From a virus: a DNA stretch of 43,578 bases. The position numbers were made by a program, and so were the translations under genes. Below are positions 25,630 to 32,151 of the stretch, piece by piece; position 1 is the first letter of the stretch, and every line of letters starts with the position of its first letter. The DNA is taken from the IMG/VR virus record IMGVR_UViG_3300045996_001765, positions 1 to 43,578 of that record; one strand, 5' to 3'. A model generated the notes under the pieces. It saw nothing but the letters and a program-made list of their open reading frames with translations. It ran no database searches and was not told where the DNA came from.

Positions 25630-25688
25630 GTGCCCCGTCCCTCCTCGCCGAGAATCTGAGGGGGCGCTCGGCGAGGAGGGCGGGGCAC
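25630..25688. repeat. long imperfect inverted repeat (22-bp arms, 14-nt loop) upstream of the antirepressor gene
   Basis: gtgccccgtccctcctcgccgag (25630-25652) pairs with ctcggcgaggagggcggggcac (25667-25688). There is one bulged T. Confidence 0.8.
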
Positions 25689-25724
25689 TCGTATGCCCCC
25701 TTGCTCCCTCGGAATGAGGTCCAC

Positions 25725-26546
25725 GTGACCGAGATCGCCCGCTCCATCACCTTCGACTCGCTCAAGCTCACCGACAACCGCGGCGAGCACTGGTCCGCCC
25801 GCGACCTGATGTGGGTCATGGGCTACGGCGCCGACTGGCGGAACTTCGCCGACGCCGTCAACCGCGCGGCTGCGGCGTGCTCCAACGCGGGCCACGACCC
25901 GGCGGACCATATCGGTGACGCCAACAAGATGGTCCGCATCGGCTCCGGCGCCGAGCGGGCGGTGGCCGACTTCCGGCTGAGCCGGTTCGGCGCCTACCTG
26001 ACCGCGATGAACGGCGACCCGCGCAAGCCGGAGATCGCCGCGGCGCAGACGTACTTCGCGGTGAAGACCCGCGAGGCCGAGGTCGCGCAGCAGCGGATGC
26101 CCACGCACGCCGAGGCGCTCCGCGGCTGGGCGTCCGCGATCGAAGAGGTCGAGGCGGTCCGCCAGGAGAACGCGGCACTCCAGCCCGCGGCCGCGGCGTG
26201 GGATCACCTCGCGTCCGGCGACGGCGACTGGGCGATCGCCGACGCGGCGAAGATCCTGTGCCGCGACCCGGCGATCAAGACGGGCCGCAACCGGCTCTTC
26301 AACGTCCTGCACGCGTGGGGCTGGATCTACCGCGCCTCCGATGGGGCGTGGCGGGCCATGCAGTCCCAGGTCGACAACGGTCGCATCTCCGAGATCCCCA
26401 TGTCGCACTACCACCCGCGCACCGGCGAACTCGTCCTCGACCCGCCGCAGGTGCGGATCAAGCCGAAGGGTCTCGTCGAGATCCACCGCAAGCTCGGCGG
26501 GTCCAAGCCGCTCGCCGTGCAGCGGCAACTCTCGCTCCCGGCCTGA
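25725..26546 (+). CDS. antirepressor: DinD/BRO-N-like N-terminal domain plus KilAC (ANT) C-terminal domain
   Basis: The N-terminus aligns by eye with E. coli DinD (WSAR.L...GY, AC.N.GH...DH, MV.IGSGA.RA, LSR...YL..NGDP.KP.IAA.QTYFA.KTR). The C-terminus AAKIL......G.N.LF..L...G.I......W...Q..VD.G fits KilAC. GTG 25725 is preceded by gaggt. Confidence 0.8.
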   Translation: MTEIARSITFDSLKLTDNRGEHWSARDLMWVMGYGADWRNFADAVNRAAAACSNAGHDPADHIGDANKMVRIGSGAERAVADFRLSRFGAYLTAMNGDPRKPEIAAAQTYFAVKTREAEVAQQRMPTHAEALRGWASAIEEVEAVRQENAALQPAAAAWDHLASGDGDWAIADAAKILCRDPAIKTGRNRLFNVLHAWGWIYRASDGAWRAMQSQVDNGRISEIPMSHYHPRTGELVLDPPQVRIKPKGLVEIHRKLGGSKPLAVQRQLSLPA

Positions 26547-26623
26547 CGAATACCTGAACCACCCGGCTCCCCGTTCAAGGTTCGAGCCGATTCCCTGAAT
26601 CCCAGCTCTCGGAGGAGTGCTCC

Positions 26624-26896
26624 ATGTCCGACTTCATCACCAGCCTGATCCGCACCTGGGTCCCGATCGGTGTGGGCGCGGTCATCACCTGGCTCGCCAC
26701 GAACTACAACATCGTCGTCCCCGAGGACGCGTCCAGCTCCCTCGTCGTCGGCGTCGCAGCGCTCGTCACCGCGCTGTACTACGCGGCCGCCCGGGCGGTC
26801 GAGAAGGCCTACCCGTGGCTCGGGAAGCTGCTCGTCGGCCTGGGCGTCGGCAAGGCCCCGGAGTACCCGGCCGTCACGAAGGCCCGCGGCTACTGA
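26624..26896 (+). CDS. holin-like two-TM membrane protein
   Basis: ATG 26624 is preceded by ggaggag. The product is 90 aa with two hydrophobic helices and a basic C-terminus. The call rests on size and topology only. Confidence 0.5.
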   Translation: MSDFITSLIRTWVPIGVGAVITWLATNYNIVVPEDASSSLVVGVAALVTALYYAAARAVEKAYPWLGKLLVGLGVGKAPEYPAVTKARGY

Positions 26897-26937
26897 CCCG
26901 CCTGTGCAACACCCTGTACTACAAGCTGTCGTACAGC

Positions 26938-26976
26938 AGAGCGCCCCGTCCGGCTTCGTGCCGGGCGGGGCGCTCT
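26938..26976. terminator. strong bidirectional stem-loop between convergent genes
   Basis: There is a 17-bp stem (agagcgccccgtccggc / gccgggcggggcgctct) with one G-T wobble and loop ttcgt. It lies between 26624..26896 (+) and 27018..27254 (-). Confidence 0.75.
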
Positions 26977-27017
26977 TGTGCGTCCGACCTCGTTCATAAC
27001 ATCAACGAGGTTCCAGA

Positions 27018-27254
27018 TCAGGTCCACGCCACCTGGGCACGGCTCCGGCCCCGGATCCGCTCCGCGTGCAAGTTGAGCGCGTGCGCCAGGTCGTTCAGCC
27101 GGCGCGCGGCGAGCTCGGGGCTGCCGATCTCGTGGGTGAGGACGATCGCCTGCTCGCCGTCGGTGATCTCGAACGACTCGACGCCGTCCTCGTCGGTGAC
27201 GGTCCGGCCGGTCAGCGCCTGTGAGGACAGCTCTACTGCCTCGTCGACGTCCAT
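27018..27254 (-). CDS. hypothetical acidic protein (78 aa)
   Basis: ATG 27254 shares one nt with the stop of the upstream minus-strand ORF (TGATG). Confidence 0.55.
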   Translation of the reverse strand: MDVDEAVELSSQALTGRTVTDEDGVESFEITDGEQAIVLTHEIGSPELAARRLNDLAHALNLHAERIRGRSRAQVAWT

Positions 27255-27385
27255 CACACGTACCCCCGGCGCCTGGCGCGCGCGGCGAGCTGGACGAAGC
27301 AGGGCCACTGCTGGCCGCAGCCGGCGCAGTGTTCCTCCCGGCGCCACCAGCGCCGTCGGTGTCGGATGCCGCTGTCGATGACCAC
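27254..27385 (-). CDS. small Arg/Trp-rich peptide with a CxxCGxxWPC motif (43 aa)
   Basis: GTG 27385 has a GGAGGT Shine-Dalgarno 5 nt upstream. It is translationally coupled to 27018..27254. A longer 75-aa version from 27481 is less likely. Confidence 0.45.
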   Translation of the reverse strand: MVIDSGIRHRRRWWRREEHCAGCGQQWPCFVQLAARARRRGYV

Positions 27386-27478
27386 GATGCACCTCCGGGG
27401 GAGTGGGCGATGCGGGCGGACCTCCGGAACCGGTCGGGGCTCTACGGACGCACGGCCCGCCCGCACCTCTGGGAGCAC

Positions 27479-27506
27479 CACCGGGGCGGAGCAGGCCGCC
27501 CCGGTG
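27479..27506. other. perfect 11-bp GC-rich hairpin in a divergent intergenic region
   Basis: caccggggcgg (27479-27489) pairs with ccgccccggtg (27496-27506), with loop agcagg. Function unknown. Confidence 0.7.
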
Positions 27507-27570
27507 GGCGGGGAACCGTCCGAGGGCCTTCCCTTTGCCGAGTTGGGACCGCCGGGCGCTTCTCCGCTAA

Positions 27571-27604
27571 CATAGCTAGCAATGTGAGCAAAGGCAACGT
27601 TGCT
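27571..27604. promoter_or_regulatory. AT-richer palindrome cluster upstream of the GntR-type gene (candidate operator/promoter)
   Basis: There is a near-palindrome catagctagcaatg (27571-27584) and a perfect 10-bp palindrome gcaacgttgc (27594-27603). Confidence 0.35.
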
Positions 27605-27660
27605 CTTGAGGGAGATGGGGCGAGGTGATCGAATTGACGGGCCGAGTTGGGAGCCTGATC

Positions 27661-27921
27661 ATGCCCGTCAATCCTGAGTACAAGCCTGACTATCAGTTGA
27701 TCATCGACTATGTGACCGCCCGGATCGCGTCGGGCGACTGGCCGCCCGGCCACAAGCTGCCGCCGCCGGCCGAGCTGGCGACGGTGATCGACCCGCCGAC
27801 GTCATCCGCGACCGTTCGCCGCGCAACCGACACCTTGCAGGACCGCGGAGTGCTCGTCGGCCGACAGGGGAAGGGCGTGTACGTCGCTGAGCATCCACGC
27901 GGCGTGACGTCAACAAGCTGA
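27661..27921 (+). CDS. GntR-family winged-HTH protein, DNA-binding domain only (86 aa)
   Basis: The pattern Y..I.DYV...I.SG.W.PG.KLP....LA......S..TVR.A...L...G.L....GKG.YV matches the GntR N-terminal domain. ATG 27661 is preceded by gggag. There is no effector domain. Confidence 0.65.
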   Translation: MPVNPEYKPDYQLIIDYVTARIASGDWPPGHKLPPPAELATVIDPPTSSATVRRATDTLQDRGVLVGRQGKGVYVAEHPRGVTSTS

Positions 27922-27934
27922 TCGCGTGATCAGC
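27917..27934 (+). terminator. short stem-loop overlapping the stop of the GntR-type gene
   Basis: gctgatc (27917-27923) pairs with gatcagc (27928-27934), with loop gcgt. There is no T tract. Confidence 0.3.
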
Positions 27935-28086
27935 CGTCCGGGGGATAGATCCGAAGATTACGCGACCGTTACGTTCGGCTCTACGGTCGGTTAACTGTCC
28001 TCGATCCGACAGATCGCCGACACGACGGTAGGCAAAGGCGCCGACTTCCCCCGCCCTGCCCGCCACAAGGCAGGAGGGAGAAGTAC

Positions 28087-28521
28087 GTGTCCAACCGCGC
28101 TGCCATCTTCGTTCAACGGGGCGGTCCGCCGGCGGATCGGCAGATCGACGCCTGCCTCCAGTTCTGCATCGCGTCGGAGTACACCGTCCTCGCCCTCATC
28201 AGGCACGGCGAGCCAGAGGCCGCGGTCGCCCTAGCCAGAGAGCACCGTGTGTCGGTGATCGTCACGGGTTACGACTCCAAGGCCGTCCGGCAGCTCGCCG
28301 CCGACATCGACGGCAACGGCAGGGTCGAGGTGATACACCCGGAGCCCCGCGTCATCCCGCCACCCAAGCACAAGCTCGACGGGCCGATCGGCGAACTGAT
28401 CGTCAGGTGGTTCCGTCGCGGCAAGACCGTCCAGGAGATCGCGAAAGACGTTGAAAGCGACACCCACGAGGTTCGGGCGCTCATCCGAAGGTATGGCGGG
28501 GACCCCGGCCAATCGCATTGA
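28087..28521 (+). CDS. resolvase-like N-terminal domain lacking the catalytic serine, plus a C-terminal HTH
   Basis: GTG 28087 is preceded by ggagggag. RAAIFVQRGGPPADRQ...C..FC parallels RAAIYARVSTDEQ...Q...C of serine recombinases, but with Gly where the Ser nucleophile sits. The C-terminal GKTVQEIAKDVESDTHEVRALIRRYG is HTH-like. Confidence 0.5.
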   Translation: MSNRAAIFVQRGGPPADRQIDACLQFCIASEYTVLALIRHGEPEAAVALAREHRVSVIVTGYDSKAVRQLAADIDGNGRVEVIHPEPRVIPPPKHKLDGPIGELIVRWFRRGKTVQEIAKDVESDTHEVRALIRRYGGDPGQSH

Positions 28522-28538
28522 ATTGCCCCACATGAGTA

Positions 28539-28570
28539 ACCGCCCCGAGTGCATCAGCAACCGGGGCGGT
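28539..28570. terminator. stem-loop between convergent genes, 3' of the integrase gene
   Basis: accgccccg (28539-28547) pairs with cggggcggt (28562-28570), with a 14-nt loop. Confidence 0.5.
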
Positions 28571-28595
28571 CCACACTGTGTGCAGCTTCGAACTT

Positions 28596-29483
28596 CTAGG
28601 AAGAGGTCGGGGTGGCGAAAGTGGGGAGCGAGTCGATGGCGTCGGCTCGCTCCTCATCCGTGACGAGGGTGTAGATCGCCGTCGTCGCCAGCGTTGAGTG
28701 GCCCATGTTGCTCTGGACCGTCCGGATCGACGCTCCGGCCCCGCCGTACTTGACCGGTCGCAACTGCATCGTCGCGTACCAGTGCCTGAGCCGGTGAAGG
28801 CTCATCCCAGCCATCCCGTTCCGGTTGAACGTCATGATCATCGACGTCGAGATGTATCCCGCGGTGACCGGCGCACCGTCGCGCACCTTCCGTGCGATGC
28901 GGCCTGCCGGCAGCGGTTTGACCGCCTCCCAAACGACCCCGTGCGTCGGCACCACTCGGGTCTTGCCTGACTTCCCGGTGAGCCGGATCGATTCCGCGGT
29001 CACGTCCGACCGGTCGAGGTTCGCGATCTCGCAGCAGCGCGCCCCGGCGTAGGCGGCGAGCTTGACGTAGAGCCTCCACGGGTCGTCGAGTTGGAGGGCT
29101 TCCGCCAGCTGGGCGTTGGTTGCCGGCTTCGGCACCGTCGGAGCGACCCGCGGCCGGCGCAGTCCGGCGCTCGGGTCGAAGTCGATGCGAGGGTTAGCCG
29201 GGTCGGACGCCCAGCGGAAGAACGCGGTGATGTGGCCGTAGTAGGTGGCCTTCGTCTGATCGTCGTCGTGGGAGGCGAGGAAGTCTTCCAGCTCCTCGAT
29301 GGTGGCCTGGCCGAGGCCCATGGGCAAATCCCGGTCGAGGTACCGGAGGAGTCGCTCCCGGCTGTCCCTGGTGGTCTGTGCTAGCCCTCGGGCTGCGCAG
29401 TGGCGAATATGCTCGCCTATCAGTTCGGTCATGAACCTGACGATCTCATCGTCGGCCTTGGACCGCTTCCGCGCCGTGGTCAC
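28596..29483 (-). CDS. int: tyrosine integrase (XerC/D-like, no arm-binding domain)
   Basis: The product is 295 aa. It has a SAM-like core-binding N-terminal domain. Catalytic signature: GARCCEI (Arg), HRLRHWYAT (His-x-x-Arg), GHSTLATTAIY (His, Tyr). GTG 29483 overlaps the repressor stop (GTGA). Confidence 0.9.
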   Translation of the reverse strand: MTTARKRSKADDEIVRFMTELIGEHIRHCAARGLAQTTRDSRERLLRYLDRDLPMGLGQATIEELEDFLASHDDDQTKATYYGHITAFFRWASDPANPRIDFDPSAGLRRPRVAPTVPKPATNAQLAEALQLDDPWRLYVKLAAYAGARCCEIANLDRSDVTAESIRLTGKSGKTRVVPTHGVVWEAVKPLPAGRIARKVRDGAPVTAGYISTSMIMTFNRNGMAGMSLHRLRHWYATMQLRPVKYGGAGASIRTVQSNMGHSTLATTAIYTLVTDEERADAIDSLPTFATPTSS

Positions 29484-29953
29484 CGAACCGGCACCGCTCG
29501 TCTACCGGCGGTACCGGCGGGGATGGAAGCCCGTGAATCGGCTCGGACCTTCGGTCGCGTGTCGGCCGGCCGAACGGATGAAGCTCGCATCGGCTTATCA
29601 GGTCCCAGGGGATACCCACTGGTATCAGAGATTACCCGTTTGGTCGGACGCCCGCGTGCCGGCTCAAGCGCGCCGCCCAGCAGCAGCCAGTTGAAGTCGA
29701 CGTCCAGCGCGTTCGCGATCGCCTGACACACGTCGACCTGCCCCTGCGGCCGGCGGCCGTTCTCCCAGTTGGCCCAGCTGGACCTGTTCAGGCCTGCAGC
29801 TGCGGCGGCTTCCTCGATCGTCATGCCGGCAAGCCGCCGGGCGAGCACGAGTCGGTTGCTGAAGGTGTCAGCGGGGATGCGGCCGGTCCTCGGCGTGGAT
29901 GCCTTCGCCGCGCTGAGGGCGGCGTCGTCGGGGTTCGCGGTCATGGCAACCAT
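29480..29953 (-). CDS. XRE/cI-type HTH repressor with a ~60-aa compositionally atypical C-terminal tail
   Basis: The HTH is FSNRLVLARRLAGMTIEEAAAAAGLNRSSWANWENGRR. The start is ATG 29953 or 29944. It is divergent from a cro-like gene and co-oriented and overlapping with int. Confidence 0.8.
   Translation of the reverse strand: MVAMTANPDDAALSAAKASTPRTGRIPADTFSNRLVLARRLAGMTIEEAAAAAGLNRSSWANWENGRRPQGQVDVCQAIANALDVDFNWLLLGGALEPARGRPTKRVISDTSGYPLGPDKPMRASSVRPADTRPKVRADSRASIPAGTAGRRAVPVR
29595..29637. other. candidate attP core inside the repressor gene (hypothesis)
   Basis: There is a perfect inverted repeat GATACC-cact-GGTATC (29611-29626), flanked by TTATCAGG (29595-29602) and GATTACCC (29630-29637). 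It lies within a locally GC-poor stretch of the repressor tail with low GC3. Confidence 0.3.
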
Positions 29954-29954
29954 T

Positions 29955-29995
29955 TTGGCGGATCGCCAACCCGGTTGGCAACGGTGCACATGTGC
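29955..29995. promoter_or_regulatory. operator-like half-site array in the rep/cro divergent region
   Basis: TTGGCG-gat-CGCCAA (29955-29969) overlaps GCCAAC-ccg-GTTGGC (29965-29979). This gives three alternating TTGGC/GCCAA half-sites 10 bp apart. A 10-bp palindrome gcacatgtgc follows at 29986-29995. Confidence 0.5.
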
Positions 29996-30037
29996 CAGTG
30001 AAGCAAGGAACTGACCGAAAGGCTTAGTACCTAGCCG

Positions 30038-30067
30038 TTGACGCAAAAGTTAGCGTCGTGCCAACAT
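30038..30067 (+). promoter_or_regulatory. candidate early rightward promoter (near-leaderless cro-like transcript)
   Basis: TTGACG (30038-30043), 18-nt spacer, CAACAT (30062-30067), 7 nt before ATG 30075. A GCCAA half-site (30060-30064) overlaps the -10. Confidence 0.35.
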
Positions 30068-30074
30068 TAGCGGC

Positions 30075-30281
30075 ATGAAGCGAACCGCCACCGCGCAACT
30101 CGTGGAGCTGAAGCTCGGCGAACCGTTGGCCGACTTCGTCAAGAAGCTCCGCAGCGACGAGCGCTCCTGGCCCTACATCGCCAGGAAGCTCCGCGAGCGC
30201 ACCGACGTGTCGTTCTCCGTCGAGGCCCTCCGCAAGTGGTTCCTCGACGAGTTCGGTGACGACGCCGAGCGTGCGGCATGA
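30075..30281 (+). CDS. cro-like / small HTH DNA-binding protein
   Basis: The 68-aa product is divergent from the repressor. It has the HTH-like segment SWPYIARKLRERTDVSFSVEALRKW. Confidence 0.6.
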   Translation: MKRTATAQLVELKLGEPLADFVKKLRSDERSWPYIARKLRERTDVSFSVEALRKWFLDEFGDDAERAA

Positions 30282-30454
30282 CCTACTCCTCCTTCCTCTC
30301 CCGCTTCGGCCCGGTCGCGACGTTGATTGCGATCCGCGCCGCGGCGCACGAGCCGCCGGCGCCCCGCTGGACCCGGGCGCAGGCCGACCCGTGGTTCGGA
30401 GCTGACCCGGCCCACGAGACCCGCTTCGCCTACGTGCCGGCGGTGGCGTGGTGA
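30278..30454 (+). CDS. hypothetical protein (58 aa; below the track threshold)
   Basis: ATG 30278 is in an ATGA overlap. The stop TGA 30452-30454 overlaps GTG 30451 of the next gene. Third positions are almost all G/C. Confidence 0.5.
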   Translation: MTYSSFLSRFGPVATLIAIRAAAHEPPAPRWTRAQADPWFGADPAHETRFAYVPAVAW

Positions 30455-30639
30455 CCGCGGCAGACAAGCTCCGCGAGGCCGACGCACTGCTGGCCCGCGC
30501 CTGGCTGCTGATCGAGGCCGCCTACCAGGAAACGCCGCAGGCAACGAGTGCACGCACGGCGCTGGCGGGTGCGTCCGACGACGTGAGCCAGGCCCGCTAC
30601 CAGCTGAAGTACGTCATCGAAGAGGCGGCGCAGCCATGA
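30451..30639 (+). CDS. hypothetical helical protein
   Basis: The start is GTG 30451 (GTGA overlap) or GTG 30448. Confidence 0.55.
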   Translation: MTAADKLREADALLARAWLLIEAAYQETPQATSARTALAGASDDVSQARYQLKYVIEEAAQP

Positions 30640-31661
30640 GCACCGACATCGAGAAGCCCGACGTCATCGGTGCGACCCGCCGCGCGGAGACGATCCGCGC
30701 CGGCATGGTCGGCTACGCCGCCGCGATGGAAGCCATCGGCGAGGCGTACGAGAAGCGCGACTGGGCGGCCCTGGGCCACAAGGACTGGGACACCTACTGC
30801 GAGAAGGAGTTCTCGGAGAAGCGCCTCAAGCTGACCCGAGAGCAGCGGGAACAGGCGGTGCTCGCGTTCCGCGGCGCTGGCATGTCGATCCGTGCGATCG
30901 GCTCGGCCCTGGGCGTCAGCACGACGACGATCCAGCGGGACCTGTATCAGAGTGACACACCTGCCGCCGTCACCGGCGCCGACGGGAAGACCTATTCGGC
31001 GACCCGTCCGACGCCGTCCGTTCCAGATGGAACGCCTGACACTGCGGCGGCTCAGTCCGAGCCACTCGTCGACCCGCTCGCCGCCATCTCCGCCGCAGCT
31101 GCCGCCGTCGACGCGTTCGCGGCCAACCAGAGCACTCCGGCTGTCCGGGACCCCGAACCCTCACCTGAGGGTCCCGCGGTCGCTACGACCGGCCAGCCGG
31201 AGGAAGACCCCCGGCCCGCGAAGTCCGGGGATGAGGACGACGCCGCAACGTCGTCCGACGTGAAGCCGTCCGAGCCGACGCCAAGCGGTGAGGGCGATGA
31301 GGCCGAGCCGGAGGCGCCTACCTCCGAGCCGGCCGACCCGCGGCAGCAGGAGACGCCAGGGGTGACGCCTCCTGCTGCCGCCTCCGACGAGGACGACGAG
31401 GAGGAGAAAGCGAAGGTCCACCGCGAGTACCGCGAGCGGACGTCGCAGCGGTTCTGCGAAGCCCTCGTCACCCTCACCCAGGGCGTTGCCAGCGGCGACC
31501 CGCTGGAGTGGCTGAAGAAGGTCTACCTCCCCGACGCCTACAAGATGGCCGACCTGCCCGGGATCCGGAAGTGCTTCACCGCCGAGTCCATCGAGGACCT
31601 CGGCGCGAAGCTCTACGGCCTCGGCAAGCACATGCGTGAGACGGGACGTGAGCTGCCGTGA
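30636..31661 (+). CDS. HTH DNA-binding protein with a long acidic/Pro-rich linker
   Basis: ATG 30636 is in an ATGA overlap. WDTYCEKEF...GMSIRAIGSALGVSTTTIQRDL is an HTH. A disordered D/E/P/T-rich region of about 140 aa follows, then a C-terminal globular domain. Confidence 0.65.
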   Translation: MSTDIEKPDVIGATRRAETIRAGMVGYAAAMEAIGEAYEKRDWAALGHKDWDTYCEKEFSEKRLKLTREQREQAVLAFRGAGMSIRAIGSALGVSTTTIQRDLYQSDTPAAVTGADGKTYSATRPTPSVPDGTPDTAAAQSEPLVDPLAAISAAAAAVDAFAANQSTPAVRDPEPSPEGPAVATTGQPEEDPRPAKSGDEDDAATSSDVKPSEPTPSGEGDEAEPEAPTSEPADPRQQETPGVTPPAAASDEDDEEEKAKVHREYRERTSQRFCEALVTLTQGVASGDPLEWLKKVYLPDAYKMADLPGIRKCFTAESIEDLGAKLYGLGKHMRETGRELP

Positions 31662-32122
31662 AGAACTCCCGCTACAAGAAGATCGCCGAAGAGGCGTACG
31701 CACGGATCGCTGACGGCGGTGAGCAGTTCGACCTCGACGAGGTCATCGCCGAGATCGTCGCCGAGCTGTCGCACGAGACCACGAACGCCGAGCTGGTCCG
31801 GGAGTTCGCCGAGACCCTGGCGGCCCGCGCCGACGACCGGGCCGCGTCCCGGGTCGACAACCAGCAGATCGACCTCCTCACCGGCGAGTCCGTCGCCATG
31901 GACGCCGTGTGGCGGCTCGGCGGTGGCCGGCGGGTCAAAGCCCGGCACGCGGTCCGGGAAGACGTCCTCGCCTGGCTGCAGATCCGCGCCGCGAACGCCC
32001 AGCGTGTCGCCGACGCGTTCGACGCCGACCGGCAGCTTGCCGCCGAGTTGCTGCTGTACATGCCGGACGGCGAGACCACGGTCGGGGCCGCGGTCGAAGC
32101 GCGACTCAAGGCCAGGCCCTAA
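31658..32122 (+). CDS. hypothetical protein
   Basis: GTG 31658 is in a GTGA overlap. Confidence 0.6.
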   Translation: MKNSRYKKIAEEAYARIADGGEQFDLDEVIAEIVAELSHETTNAELVREFAETLAARADDRAASRVDNQQIDLLTGESVAMDAVWRLGGGRRVKARHAVREDVLAWLQIRAANAQRVADAFDADRQLAAELLLYMPDGETTVGAAVEARLKARP

Positions 32123-32151
32123 CCACCCGCCAACCTCCACAAAGGACTGTC

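Noticed and set aside
25452-25724. Search for an actinobacterial SOS box (TCGAAC-N4-GTTCGA) upstream of the antirepressor and elsewhere
   Set aside because: By eye I saw only isolated TCGAAC half-sites inside coding regions (for example near 314, 7748 and 19664), and no paired box. A computational scan would be needed to be certain.
26574-26600. tRNA T-arm-like string aaggttcgagccgattccc (and ttcgaa near 28586)
   Set aside because: No complementary T-stem, acceptor stem or anticodon arm can be folded around either string. I could not support any tRNA gene in the intergenic regions.
27254-27481. 75-aa version of the small minus-strand ORF starting at 27481
   Set aside because: The extra N-terminal 32 residues are Arg/Pro/Val low-complexity sequence. 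That start sits inside a perfect 11-bp hairpin and has no SD. GTG 27385 has a GGAGGT SD at correct spacing.
27935-28086. AT-richer intergenic segment with GATCCGA direct repeats and a CGACCGT/ACGGTCG inverted repeat, considered as attP
   Set aside because: It is not adjacent to int, because a full gene lies between them. The repeats are short enough to be chance, and it may simply be the promoter of 28087-28521. It is kept only as the alternative that would refute the attP-in-repressor hypothesis.
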